Shown: positions 40,490 to 50,979, counted from the first letter of the stretch. The stretch is 64,000 nt of DNA from a virus (IMGVR_UViG_3300042465_009257:109359-173358), one strand, 5' to 3'. Notes: generated by a model from the letters alone, not told the origin. Program-made: numbers and translations.

Positions 40490-42400
40490 CTATTCACCCA
40501 TACCATGGAAAAGAATCGTTGCTGCGGTCAAATCTAACTCGTGATCCTCCATTAATTCGCAAATTTTGTTATATTGAGTGCCAGAGTAATCGAAACTCAA
40601 CGGGCTCTCAACGTAATTGGCGACAACTCCTCCAATCCACCTATCAATCGGCTCAATAGACATGATTCGCTCCCACATGGAATCTACCAGTTTTTTATGA
40701 TTCTGGCTTAGACGGGTAATAGAATTCTTCTCCTTGTAAATGGAGCCAACCATATTTGCCAATTCCTGCATTTTCGGCATATTCTCTTTGATTTTTGCCA
40801 AGCTTGCCTTTCCTTGTGGGGAAATAGTATTCTTGCTCTTTGGCGCAGTAGTTCCAGTTGGGCGACCAGCTTCGGCTTTGTTCCCGATTAGAGGTTCATA
40901 AATTTTATCTTTTTTCTGCGCTTTAAATACCTTTTGATTCTCCAAGGACTCTTCCTCAATGGGGAGGTGGTTGGTTTCGTAAGCATTGAATAGTTCTTTT
41001 GGCGTCAAAGCTCCGAGTTCATAGAGTCGGTTGTAGAGTTTCTTGCTTTCGTTCAGGGACTCCAAGGTGACCTCTTCAAATCGTGGCATTGGGGTTTCTT
41101 TAAAACCCATCTCCTCAGCAATTAACTTCATTTCAGGATAAAGGAAGTATTGGATGAATGATTCCCTTGCCTGTGATAAAAGCTCAAGATAAATCTTTGT
41201 TTTAGTTTGACCTGTGGCGAAATTCTCATCAGAACCCATGATATCATTCATTCCGTTCAGGATTTCTTTGTCCACGTTTACATACTTCTCATTTCCGAAA
41301 ATCTCGTTCAATTTAGGAATAACAAATTGAGCTTGGGCACTATAATCTGCGAAAAGAACTCTTCCTACGCTTTGGGCGGAAAAAAGATTAGCCATGCCTT
41401 CAAGCAATTGACGATTCTTCTTGCCTTCTCTTTTTTCATCCCCCGCCGTAATCAAAAGAATGCAGTAATCCGCCGAGGCCGCGACCTTCTCTTCCGAGGA
41501 GCGGAGAATTTGCTTAAAGTTAATCGATTTAAGAACTCCAAAATAAGGAGGGACAGCCATTGGCTCATAAGACTGTTTAGCATTGAACGCCAAACGCAAA
41601 CGGTCCATTTCCAATTTAATTACTGGTTGCTGACCAGTTGAAATTGCTTTTTTAGATTGTTCGTCCAGCCCGCTAAAAATGTCCTTATCATGCTGGGTTG
41701 TTCCATTCTTAAGCATCTCAACTTCATAAGGATTAAGCACTTTACCATATTCCTGTCCAGAAAAAACAGAAGATCCAATGCCGCGAACATCGACAGGATT
41801 AATGATGATATACTTGAGAGGAATTTTGCGGGCCTTGGCGATAGCTTCCTTTTCTCCCGCCACAGCGAGTTTTTTTACTTCAGATAATTTAATCTCTCCA
41901 TCAAAACGATAAACTAAAACATTTCCTGAACGGAACCACTCCAGAAAGAATTGATTTGCAATATCCCAGATATTTACCTTTTGTGCCCACTCATCAAAAA
42001 ATTTAATTATTTTTTTATCCTTACCCATGAAGTGAATCGGAGTATTGGATAGATAAGACTGCATCAAAATTGGATTGCGGAAAGAAGGAAAAGAATAAAA
42101 TGCTTTTTGGCATAATTCAATACTTTCGTGTGAGCCGATTCCACAGCGGTCATAAGAAAACGGATTGGCCGAATTTAAGATATGGAAATACTGGCTGGTT
42201 TCCGATTTATAAACTTGATTATCATAGCTTTCTGGGTTAACTCGGGAGATGCTGGCCTTTACCTCGTAGCCCTGCTTATTGAGAACCTCACTATTGATCA
42301 TTGCCCCGGCGCATAACTCATCCTCCCCTTTCCCAAAAATTTCGAGGACTACGCCTCTTGTATCTTTTTCACGCGGCTTATTAGGGTTGAGTCTGGACAT
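40490..42400 (-). CDS. portal protein
   Basis: 636 aa directly after TerL; FFLEWFRSGNVLVYR and YIIINPVDV portal-like segments. Confidence 0.75.
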   Translation of the reverse strand: MSRLNPNKPREKDTRGVVLEIFGKGEDELCAGAMINSEVLNKQGYEVKASISRVNPESYDNQVYKSETSQYFHILNSANPFSYDRCGIGSHESIELCQKAFYSFPSFRNPILMQSYLSNTPIHFMGKDKKIIKFFDEWAQKVNIWDIANQFFLEWFRSGNVLVYRFDGEIKLSEVKKLAVAGEKEAIAKARKIPLKYIIINPVDVRGIGSSVFSGQEYGKVLNPYEVEMLKNGTTQHDKDIFSGLDEQSKKAISTGQQPVIKLEMDRLRLAFNAKQSYEPMAVPPYFGVLKSINFKQILRSSEEKVAASADYCILLITAGDEKREGKKNRQLLEGMANLFSAQSVGRVLFADYSAQAQFVIPKLNEIFGNEKYVNVDKEILNGMNDIMGSDENFATGQTKTKIYLELLSQARESFIQYFLYPEMKLIAEEMGFKETPMPRFEEVTLESLNESKKLYNRLYELGALTPKELFNAYETNHLPIEEESLENQKVFKAQKKDKIYEPLIGNKAEAGRPTGTTAPKSKNTISPQGKASLAKIKENMPKMQELANMVGSIYKEKNSITRLSQNHKKLVDSMWERIMSIEPIDRWIGGVVANYVESPLSFDYSGTQYNKICELMEDHELDLTAATILFHGMGE

Positions 42401-42443
42401 AATTAGGTAAAATTAGGGATTAAAGTTGAATATCTGCTCTTAA

Positions 42444-42470
42444 TTACAGGATAAAGCGTATTAAAGGAAA
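42444..42470 (-). promoter_or_regulatory. late promoter TTTCC-N17-TGTAA
   Basis: Exact match upstream of the portal gene. Confidence 0.75.
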
Positions 42471-42472
42471 AT

Positions 42473-44332
42473 TTAATTGATGAAAAATCCCGCGAAGACT
42501 TCTTCATTATCATCATCGTCGCTCATCAATTTTTCATAACATCGCCGAGCATAATTACCTAAAAGAAGGCTAGTGTAGGAATCCTTTCGCGCACGATGTT
42601 TATTTCCAGATTTCGCTTCAGCGGGAAGATCAAAACTAATATTCCCTACTGAGTCTGTTTTTGTTTGAATCAAAGCAAGTTCCTTAGCTGTGTCGGCGAC
42701 AACTTTGTCAACATGTTCGATGAACTCGCGGCGGCGCTCGTCACCTGTAATTGAACTTGAAATCTGGTTAAATTCAAGATCTGGAACGTTCTTCAATAGA
42801 TTAATGTTATAATCAACATCCGCATCACTATAATTGGAAATAGGAGAGGCAAACATAATCTTACTATGCTGAAGGTCGCCCTGCATCATTTCATTAGCAT
42901 CACGAATCCAATTCTTTTTATTGAAAATCTGAGTAAATGCAATATGGCTAGTTTGTTTATTGTATAAGTGCTTTGTTTCCCGATAAGTATCTTCATCAGT
43001 AAAATCTAAGCCAGACATGAAAATCTGTTTTTCATCTGGAACCAAAGAATTATATTCTTCGATAAACCGAGGCCCGCCCGCGTGGTCAAGAATAATTAAA
43101 ACGACATTAAATGAATCCATAAGATAGCGGAAATATTCCACTTTTCTTTTTACTTCACTTTTCGGCGAGGCATAGCCATGAACTAAGGTCGCCACGCCTG
43201 TTCCGTTTCCTGCTAGCTCTAGAACCGAAATTGCAAAGTTATCCGCAGTTTCAGATCCAGCACTGGAGTTCGGGTCAACTGCGATAATATATTCCATTCC
43301 TCTTTTACCTTTAAACCTTACCTTTGGCTCTTCACCAACAGGCACAGTTGATCTAAGAATGTGTTCTACATTATAAAATCCGCCGCTGTCATCAGTGAAA
43401 ATAGCATTATACTCTCTGTCAAATTGTTGAGAAGAAAGAGTTTTTCTGGCGTTCTCAATACTGTCTAAATCTAGTAAATTAGCTGCGGCGCATTTGTAGC
43501 CGAGTCTAAATAAGGAGTGACTTACATGAGCCGCCGTTGGATCATGAATCGTATTTAGATATTGGAGATAAGTATTCTTATAGAGTGGCTGAAATTTATA
43601 AGTAGCAGAAGAAAGACCGATAATTTTATTGTTCTGGTAAACAGTCCTCTCCCACTCCTGCATTTCGCCGCGATCAATCAGGATTTGCTCTGCTTCCGCC
43701 ACTTTTCTTTGCTCTGCTCCATTGCCGCGCTTTACAGCTAAAAATGGAATAATAATATCTGATACAATCTTTTCCGGAACAGAAAGATATTCGTCAATAA
43801 TTACTAAGTTGGCGCGATAACCACGATTCTTTTCTGTTAAAGGGGTCGCCGTAATAGTAGAGGTTCCAATTTTCATTTCCCACCGGTCAGTCCCGCGAGA
43901 AGCTGGTTTTGGTGAACATTGTTTTAAGAATCCGCCCTGTTCAGATTCGATGAACTTTTCCACCTGGTCAAAGATCATCTTTGCTTGACGGAAAGACGCT
44001 GAGCAAATAATTACTTTTGTCCCTGGGTTGAAAAGTGCGTAGAGAACAATAAAAATACTGACTGTGTAACTCTTGCTGAAACCTCTTCCTGCTACAATTA
44101 AATTAAAATCCTTTTTAAACCACGTCCTAATAATAATATCTTGGATGGGGTGAATTTTTCCTAACTTAGGCCCTATCAAAAATTCGGCTGCTAAAAAAGG
44201 ATTACTAGCTAAAAACTTTGTAAACCATATGGCTGCATCCTCCGTACTTATATCACCTTTTACGTCCCGCCAATCGCTATTTATTTTTTCAATATTAATT
44301 TCTGGGGCATGCTCCCCTTCGTGCCAACTCAT
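42473..44332 (-). CDS. terL: terminase large subunit
   Basis: Walker A AGRGFSKS, Walker B VIIDE, LSSA coupling motif, nuclease AVDP...DNF...KDSY. Confidence 0.9.
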   Translation of the reverse strand: MSWHEGEHAPEINIEKINSDWRDVKGDISTEDAAIWFTKFLASNPFLAAEFLIGPKLGKIHPIQDIIIRTWFKKDFNLIVAGRGFSKSYTVSIFIVLYALFNPGTKVIICSASFRQAKMIFDQVEKFIESEQGGFLKQCSPKPASRGTDRWEMKIGTSTITATPLTEKNRGYRANLVIIDEYLSVPEKIVSDIIIPFLAVKRGNGAEQRKVAEAEQILIDRGEMQEWERTVYQNNKIIGLSSATYKFQPLYKNTYLQYLNTIHDPTAAHVSHSLFRLGYKCAAANLLDLDSIENARKTLSSQQFDREYNAIFTDDSGGFYNVEHILRSTVPVGEEPKVRFKGKRGMEYIIAVDPNSSAGSETADNFAISVLELAGNGTGVATLVHGYASPKSEVKRKVEYFRYLMDSFNVVLIILDHAGGPRFIEEYNSLVPDEKQIFMSGLDFTDEDTYRETKHLYNKQTSHIAFTQIFNKKNWIRDANEMMQGDLQHSKIMFASPISNYSDADVDYNINLLKNVPDLEFNQISSSITGDERRREFIEHVDKVVADTAKELALIQTKTDSVGNISFDLPAEAKSGNKHRARKDSYTSLLLGNYARRCYEKLMSDDDDNEEVFAGFFIN

Positions 44333-44362
44333 AGTATATTTATTTCTGTAAGGTATATAAAA

Positions 44363-45331
44363 TTAAAAAGTTTCATCAATAATCGGGTATAATTGCATAT
44401 CCTCTTCCGTAGGTATACTCCAATTGTAATTTTTCGTGAGGCTGCTCTTCCTCCTCCCTTCGAAAAAAGTGCGTAAGATTCCACAAGGAACGCTGTATTT
44501 ACTAGCAAACGTTTTAATCACTACGAATCTAGAAATAATCCCAAGATCTTTATTGAGTAGTAACTTTTTATTAAAAAGTCTATCAAGATTTTTTTGGTGT
44601 TCGGGCAATGGATTTTCAAGATGATAGCCTTTAGTATTGGAATATTTACCTTGGCAAACTAAGACTACAGAGCTTTCAGGTGCGCCTATTTTTCTTGCGA
44701 ATTCGGCCATATTATCGAATATGATTAATTCCTTTTCGGGGGAGAGCATGCGATACTCTCTTTTAACTACGTGAAACGAGGGGTTGACTGATTTCCAACC
44801 TTTGCAGGATTTCTCCGCTCCGGTTACAACATTAGATATACCTTGTCTGGGTAGTCCGCGCTCTTCGCAAAATTGACTTAAATTTTTCCCCTTAATTAAA
44901 TTTCCTTCGGGGTCAAGAATTTCGAACTCTTTTGCTTTAGCGTGATTTTCTCTGTATACTCCTGGGTATTCTTCAATAGACTGGTCATGCCTAAGATTGT
45001 AACCATCCTGAAAATACATAGCTTTTAAATTTACTATATATTCTGACTCTAGACTCAATAATGGTTCTCCATAACTTTTAAGCTCCAAAATTTCAAAAGT
45101 AAAGCAGTCCTCTCCATGCTTGTTAAAAGAATGCTGCAAATAAGGACAACAGTGTATATTTTGCCTTAAGTCGCTCCTGTGTTTTGACCATCTCTTGTAA
45201 AACCCCTGTCTATCAGCAGCCTTTCCAATATAAAATCTTCCCGTTTTGCGATTTGTTATCTTGTAAATTCCATTTGTTCTTGGCCAAAATCGTTTGAAGT
45301 TGGAATTCATATGAAAAATCACGCCTATCAT
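44363..45331 (-). CDS. GIY-YIG homing endonuclease
   Basis: GIYKITN...FYIGKA...RW..H motif. Confidence 0.85.
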   Translation of the reverse strand: MIGVIFHMNSNFKRFWPRTNGIYKITNRKTGRFYIGKAADRQGFYKRWSKHRSDLRQNIHCCPYLQHSFNKHGEDCFTFEILELKSYGEPLLSLESEYIVNLKAMYFQDGYNLRHDQSIEEYPGVYRENHAKAKEFEILDPEGNLIKGKNLSQFCEERGLPRQGISNVVTGAEKSCKGWKSVNPSFHVVKREYRMLSPEKELIIFDNMAEFARKIGAPESSVVLVCQGKYSNTKGYHLENPLPEHQKNLDRLFNKKLLLNKDLGIISRFVVIKTFASKYSVPCGILRTFFEGRRKSSLTKNYNWSIPTEEDMQLYPIIDETF

Positions 45332-46251
45332 TATAGAAGCCCCCTATCTTTTAAGTACTCAAGATCCGTCGTCTTAGCTGCTTCCCCCATACGAAAAATC
45401 TTATCAATAATCTCAACGCTACGGTAACGATTCGGCGCGAAAACAAATTGAATATTATTGTAATCGGTCATAAATTTGCGTAACTTGTTGAATAAGAACG
45501 CGCCTCCTATCTTTTGAGAAAAAGAATTCTTTGGAGAATATTCAAAAGCATCAATAAAAGAGCATTCTGTAACTACAACTAAGTAAATTCCAAGCTCCGC
45601 TGCCCGCTCAACCTCCTTAGCAAATCTTTCGATTCCTTTTGTAAGGGTTCCCGCAAGGTCGTAAATCGATTTCCTTTCAACAAAAACATTACAGAAGAAT
45701 TCTTCACTGGGGCAATAATCACCAACAATCAGTTTTTTTACTTCCGACGCCTGGCCGAAGTTCAATGGTGTCTGCTCTCGCGTATCGACATAAACATTCA
45801 TTGGGCCACTTTTAAACTCTGGACTTTCTGTCTGTAGTTTCATTTCCAGCCCCACTGTCCTCAAATTTGTTTTCAAATTTTCTACTCCCCCAAACATCGT
45901 AATATAGTCACTCAAGCATGGGACAAATAAACTCTTCATTTCAACATGGGACGGAATCAGATTAGTCTGTTTTTCTTCTGCTCTTTCTTTTAAAATATTA
46001 ATAGAATAATCTTGAACTTCTTTGCCGCCTGGAGCAATCCACTTAAGAAAATTGTACTTACTGTTGAAATTCGTAGAAAAATATTGTTTAATATCCTTAA
46101 ACTCAATTAATTCTCCATCGAATAGGTCGCGCCGATTGAAAAACAAAGGGTAGTAATCCCTTGGAATTAGACCGTGGTCCTTTTTAATATGGCGGTGAAG
46201 TGTCGAAAAGCTTCCTGTTTCCGCGCCGCATACTTGACATTTAAAATCCAT
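45331..46251 (-). CDS. ERCC4 (XPF/Mus81-like) nuclease with N-terminal C2H2 zinc finger
   Basis: VDTREQ, VGDY and VERKS..DL motifs; CQVC...HIKKDH. Confidence 0.85.
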   Translation of the reverse strand: MDFKCQVCGAETGSFSTLHRHIKKDHGLIPRDYYPLFFNRRDLFDGELIEFKDIKQYFSTNFNSKYNFLKWIAPGGKEVQDYSINILKERAEEKQTNLIPSHVEMKSLFVPCLSDYITMFGGVENLKTNLRTVGLEMKLQTESPEFKSGPMNVYVDTREQTPLNFGQASEVKKLIVGDYCPSEEFFCNVFVERKSIYDLAGTLTKGIERFAKEVERAAELGIYLVVVTECSFIDAFEYSPKNSFSQKIGGAFLFNKLRKFMTDYNNIQFVFAPNRYRSVEIIDKIFRMGEAAKTTDLEYLKDRGLL

Positions 46252-46253
46252 GA

Positions 46254-47405
46254 TTAATCATTTATCTGGTGAGAGAACCCTAATATTTCGTTGATTCCCA
46301 TCCCGTGGGCTTCTCCGATTTCTTGGGGAGTGTCTTTTATTTTTTGAATCTCAGTCATGAGAACCTTTTCCGCATAAACTTTCGATTTAAGAATAAATTT
46401 TTCACGATTACCTTGGTCGCAGACAGCATTAATATAACGCGCCAAAGACTCATGGTATTTCGATTCAGTATCTTTTCTTTTTGAATAAGATTTATTTAAT
46501 GTATCTTGCAGAGCCTTGATGTTCTTCTGACATTTATCTAATTCGTTGGTTTTTGCTGAAAGGTTTTCCGCGAATACCATATTCGTCTTTTCGTCCCCTT
46601 CAAGCGAAGATTTTACTCTGCCGTCTAAAAGATTCATCATTTCCCGAATCTGCATTTCTCGAATATATTCGCCGCAGAGCATCATACAAGCGTTGATGTC
46701 ATCTGGAATCATATCGGGTTTATTGTAGGTCGCCCGAATGAATTCAATTTCGAATAATTCTCTTTCCTGAATCTTTTTAAAACTATTAATAGTAAGACAG
46801 AATTTCTTTAAACCCAAATTGGCTTTAAGAACTCTTACGCACTTGCGTTCAAAAGAAGAAAGTCTGTGTTTCGCCATGTCCGCGCCGCCATCTGCCCGAT
46901 TGATCTTTCTGATCACTGTTTCGTCTGTAAGCGGCGGGCGGTACTCTCCGTCCTGAATATCGTCAACTTCATGTAGAACCTCAGCAGGACCCTTGTATTC
47001 GCGTCCTAAGGCTACCTGTAGAGCTTTTACGCTATTGGCGCGGCTATTCGCTTCCCCGCTTTCAATTGTGCCCTCAAAAAGAATATTAACAATCTCACCT
47101 GGCTTGCGGGAAGCGGTAAGACTAATAATTTTTTCAATTTCTTTATCGGTAAAATTATAATATTCGCGGCCTTGTTTAAGTCGAAGATAAAAAGCCTTTG
47201 CTTTCGTAAACTTCGTGTCACGCTTGTCAATCATCATGTCCCCAAAAGCCTTGCGGACAAAGTCAAGCATATCCTTCGTTTCCTCAGATTCTAAATTCTC
47301 CCGAATATACTTTTGGGCATGATAAGGAATTTTCTGAGTAGCTTCGATGATAATAGCGTCAGTTTTATTGACGGCATCAAAGGATAGTAGTGATGCAGGA
47401 TTCAT
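46254..47405 (-). CDS. hypothetical protein in the packaging module (terminase small subunit candidate)
   Basis: 383 aa helical/coiled-coil ORF; function from position only. Confidence 0.45.
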   Translation of the reverse strand: MNPASLLSFDAVNKTDAIIIEATQKIPYHAQKYIRENLESEETKDMLDFVRKAFGDMMIDKRDTKFTKAKAFYLRLKQGREYYNFTDKEIEKIISLTASRKPGEIVNILFEGTIESGEANSRANSVKALQVALGREYKGPAEVLHEVDDIQDGEYRPPLTDETVIRKINRADGGADMAKHRLSSFERKCVRVLKANLGLKKFCLTINSFKKIQERELFEIEFIRATYNKPDMIPDDINACMMLCGEYIREMQIREMMNLLDGRVKSSLEGDEKTNMVFAENLSAKTNELDKCQKNIKALQDTLNKSYSKRKDTESKYHESLARYINAVCDQGNREKFILKSKVYAEKVLMTEIQKIKDTPQEIGEAHGMGINEILGFSHQIND

Positions 47406-48115
47406 TGTGCAAAAATATCGATATCTTTCATTATAACTTTCGCCCGATTAATTAAAACTTTTTTAATGTTTGTAATTTGGCGATAACCGGGCAATTTACC
47501 CTCTTCCGAAGTTTTAAATTTCATAGCCTCAGAAATAAATTCATCAGAGCGGTGTTCAATGTACAACCAACGGTAAAGCTTTTGCATTTTCGGGGTTAAT
47601 CCCGTCATTACTAGTTGGTGTAAACGGTCTGATGCGGCGGCGTAATCAGGAGACTCTTTGGATTCTAAAGTAATTCTACTTTCCCCTTCTGGGTCTGAAT
47701 CATAAGCCTTATCAGTTGATTCCGCCAAGAGCATATTGTAGCCAACCCCTTTTGAGACTTCCCATTTTGCGAATTTAGAGCATTGAGAGTTTTTTGCGCC
47801 ACTGGGAGTAAAGGAACATTGTCCGCCACCGATATTAAATTCACATGTTTGGCATGGAGGGGCAAGTCGCCCGTAGAATTTCTTTTTTAAATTAATAATT
47901 TGGCGGTTAATTAGACTTGCCGCCCAAGGAGAAAAAGGAAGGTTTTGATTCCACTGGTCGAATTTAGTAAAGATATGAAGTCTAATGATCTGGGATACAT
48001 CATCATATCCAACTTGGCTAATAGAATCTAACGTCCAGAACGAACGCTTAGATGATAAAATTGAGTCAATCTCCTCTTGACAATCTTCGTAAGTTTTAAC
48101 CTTTATCATCGGCAT
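47402..48115 (-). CDS. phage ECF-like RNA polymerase sigma factor with Cys4 insertion
   Basis: Region 2-like DDVSQIIRLHIF...FSPWAASLINRQIINL; region 4-like LTPKMQKLY...SDEFISEAM. Confidence 0.75.
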   Translation of the reverse strand: MPMIKVKTYEDCQEEIDSILSSKRSFWTLDSISQVGYDDVSQIIRLHIFTKFDQWNQNLPFSPWAASLINRQIINLKKKFYGRLAPPCQTCEFNIGGGQCSFTPSGAKNSQCSKFAKWEVSKGVGYNMLLAESTDKAYDSDPEGESRITLESKESPDYAAASDRLHQLVMTGLTPKMQKLYRWLYIEHRSDEFISEAMKFKTSEEGKLPGYRQITNIKKVLINRAKVIMKDIDIFAQ

Positions 48116-48458
48116 CCATCTTGGTCGTTGTGGTCATCCGCTTTGTAAATTCTTTGAAATCTTTTTGAGAAACTTTTTTACGATCAACCCAACCCGTTTC
48201 TCCTTGGCCGATTACTGAACCGAATTTAACCCCTTGTTTGGCGCTTGCAGTAATAGCAACTTGATCAAGATCAGGGATTTCTGGTTCATATTCCTCTTCG
48301 AAGTAGCGGCGCGGGGGCGTCGGACGCGAAACTGGTGCAGGGGCGGGAGAAGAAGCGATAGCCCCACCATTCATTTTAGTGCCACATTGAGTGCAAAAAT
48401 TTGGACGCTGGGAATGATATTCCATTGAATGCCCACAATGGGCGCAAAAACTTTTCAT
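48096..48458 (-). CDS. zinc-ribbon protein
   Basis: FCAHCG...NFCTQCG. Confidence 0.75.
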   Translation of the reverse strand: MKSFCAHCGHSMEYHSQRPNFCTQCGTKMNGGAIASSPAPAPVSRPTPPRRYFEEEYEPEIPDLDQVAITASAKQGVKFGSVIGQGETGWVDRKKVSQKDFKEFTKRMTTTTKMDADDKG

Positions 48459-48472
48459 GATATACTACTTAA

Positions 48473-48501
48473 ATTAAATGAACTTTTTCAAAAAAAGTCA
48501 A
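48473..48501 (-). promoter_or_regulatory. sigma70-type promoter TTGACT-N17-TTTAAT upstream of the zinc-ribbon and sigma genes
   Basis: Near-consensus hexamers with a 17-nt spacer. Confidence 0.55.
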
Positions 48502-48513
48502 CTAAAAATAAAT

Positions 48514-50160
48514 TTAGGTTTTAATAATTGTCACGCCCAAGAGTCTTGCGTCGGCAGTAAATGTATCCGATGCGTTGGTTGCATTGCGATAAACTTGAAG
48601 TTTGATCGGGGCATATGCGGCTGGAACTGGCGGGGTAATAGAGGAGGTGAAGCTACTTATATGAACTCCGCTAGATGTGACTTTAGTATCAATAATGTTT
48701 TGAGGTGGACCGTAAATAACATCTAAAGCGCCAAAATCTGCCAGAGCTATACCTCTTGCACCCCACATGATAGCCCCCGCACCTACTGTCCCACAAGTCC
48801 AAATAAATTGGCATTTAAAGCTATCCCATCCCAATGGTAATAAAAAGTCACCTTGAGCGTACTCAATAGCAGACTGATCAAAGTCAAGAACTTTATAATC
48901 GATTTTATTCGTAGTAGTCGTAATTAAACCAGTTGCCGCTCCGCTTACAGTCGTAGGATACAATTGCCCGACAGGAAGATGGATTATGGAAGAGGTATCA
49001 CAATTATTGAGATATAAATTATTCCCTTTCACGGAAACAAATGTTCTACCACCCAGCCCAGGACCTCTCAAAGTTCCACCAGCTAGAGTCAGATAATCAT
49101 TATCGGTAGACGACATCGTACAAGCTGCACTAGTTTGGTGGATAATTTGACATGAGAACCCATCTACTAGTGGACCGTATTCAAAATTGATAAAATGATC
49201 TGTAGCTTTTGTATTATATAGAATTTTACCGTCGTACTCTGCCCCAATCTCAATAAAATCATTTATTCCATAGTCCAATGTTCTATAAATATCGTCTGAA
49301 TGAGCATAACGATTAACTCCAGTAATTCCTGGCGCTAGTTGGATATTAACACCACTAGAAGTGCGGACATTTAAACTTGAATTTCCAGAGGAGAAAAGAA
49401 TTGTCCCGCTGGGGTGAAAAGTTGTAGGATTGACATTTGCATGACGAATAACAAATGATCCTTTTCCCCCAATATCAGTGCGCGTACCAAATTCTTGGAA
49501 ATAACCCACTTCTACTGAATCTCTTTGAGCTTTTAAGACACTAAATAAATTGTATGCTCCGTCCCACATGCCCCAGCCAAATCCCATGAAATTTGAAGGA
49601 ATAGTAGCAGAGTTGACTTGTGGATTTACATAATCAAAACTTGAATAAGTATTGGCAGCGGTAAAATCGTAGATTCCCGGAAGAGTAGCGCTGGCATAAC
49701 CACCTAAATTCGATTTAAATAGCGCCTTAGATCCTACGAAATTAGAAACTTCTGTATATTTCAGATTTGCGTTTGTTCGTTTTACGATTTGGGGTGGACC
49801 GTAACCTGCATTAAAATCAGTTTGATTAACGCCAAATCCGAAGTCAGTATTAGAAGTATAATCACCGTTCCAATAAACTTGTAATGCTCCAGATCCAGAT
49901 GTTCCGCCTATAGTTCCGTTGCCAAATCGCATCCGGCCTTGATTAAAATAGAAATCATTATTATTTCCTGAGATCAGATTTAAAGTCGGAACTTCGCCTG
50001 AAAATGTGGAAAATAAAACTTTTGGTATCCCCGTCGAACTCGCCAAGTAAAGGTCAATTAAACCGGGAGAACTCCCACTTCTAAAAAAAGCGAAACCTGG
50101 GGGATCTGCAACCAATGATGGGTAGACCGCTACTAAACCGAATCCTGATGGGAATGACAT
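48514..50160 (-). CDS. putative virion structural protein
   Basis: 548 aa beta-rich; C-terminal LDFD...RNATNASDTFTADARLLGV module seen in phage structural proteins. Confidence 0.5.
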   Translation of the reverse strand: MSFPSGFGLVAVYPSLVADPPGFAFFRSGSSPGLIDLYLASSTGIPKVLFSTFSGEVPTLNLISGNNNDFYFNQGRMRFGNGTIGGTSGSGALQVYWNGDYTSNTDFGFGVNQTDFNAGYGPPQIVKRTNANLKYTEVSNFVGSKALFKSNLGGYASATLPGIYDFTAANTYSSFDYVNPQVNSATIPSNFMGFGWGMWDGAYNLFSVLKAQRDSVEVGYFQEFGTRTDIGGKGSFVIRHANVNPTTFHPSGTILFSSGNSSLNVRTSSGVNIQLAPGITGVNRYAHSDDIYRTLDYGINDFIEIGAEYDGKILYNTKATDHFINFEYGPLVDGFSCQIIHQTSAACTMSSTDNDYLTLAGGTLRGPGLGGRTFVSVKGNNLYLNNCDTSSIIHLPVGQLYPTTVSGAATGLITTTTNKIDYKVLDFDQSAIEYAQGDFLLPLGWDSFKCQFIWTCGTVGAGAIMWGARGIALADFGALDVIYGPPQNIIDTKVTSSGVHISSFTSSITPPVPAAYAPIKLQVYRNATNASDTFTADARLLGVTIIKT

Positions 50161-50163
50161 ATA

Positions 50164-50979
50164 TTAAGAAATAATTTTAAACAGATTTCCTCTCCTAGAG
50201 GGTTTATCCAATTTACTTGACCTTGAAACGGAGTTCCAAGTATCTCCTGTGTAAAGCGTGGCATCCTTAATAGAACGAAAAGATTTAATAATGTTACTAT
50301 TTTCATCTATAAGATTAACAATTGTGTAGGAGACACGCAAGTTTTTTTTAAACCCTTGAATTTTATCGCCTCTGTATTCAAGGAAAAACATAAAACCATT
50401 TGTAGATTTTTGCCTTTTCCGATTAACCTGTAAACTATTTTCTCTATTAGCTATTTCACTAATAGTCCTTTGATTTACACCTAAATCTCTTGAGCAGTCA
50501 GCCATGCAGTCATATTTTTTGTAAAACTCTCCATCAATAGTATAAGCGAAAACTTTAACCGCTTTTGGATTTAATGCACCTTTCCGATTCTTAGATGTGT
50601 TATTTTTTCTCATATTGGCCCGAGCTTCATCCGTATATATATAACCACTTTCTTTTTCCCCGCCATCTGTCAAATTGCACAGAGTTCCCGTCCCAAGGTC
50701 CTTCCTCCCATATAGTTTAATAAATTCTATCTCTTTATTTAAAATAAAAGACTGGTCTTCGCTTTCAAACAAAATTTGGACTTTTCGACCGCCTTTTTTT
50801 ACAGTGTTTTTCCATAATTTGGATCTTCCAGCCTTCATTTCGTAACCTCTTTGATAACGACTTTTCTCAGATTTATAGTTTTTAACCGTCCCTTTCCCAA
50901 TATATATAACTTCATTTTTATCCAAGCGGATATGTCGATAGAGGTAATAACGCTTTCCCTCCTGTTGTTTTTGATGCAT
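50164..50979 (-). CDS. GIY-YIG-type homing endonuclease with NUMOD-like modules
   Basis: YLYRHIRLDKNEVIYIGKG...E...IKLYGR...LCNLTDGGE. Confidence 0.85.
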   Translation of the reverse strand: MHQKQQEGKRYYLYRHIRLDKNEVIYIGKGTVKNYKSEKSRYQRGYEMKAGRSKLWKNTVKKGGRKVQILFESEDQSFILNKEIEFIKLYGRKDLGTGTLCNLTDGGEKESGYIYTDEARANMRKNNTSKNRKGALNPKAVKVFAYTIDGEFYKKYDCMADCSRDLGVNQRTISEIANRENSLQVNRKRQKSTNGFMFFLEYRGDKIQGFKKNLRVSYTIVNLIDENSNIIKSFRSIKDATLYTGDTWNSVSRSSKLDKPSRRGNLFKIIS

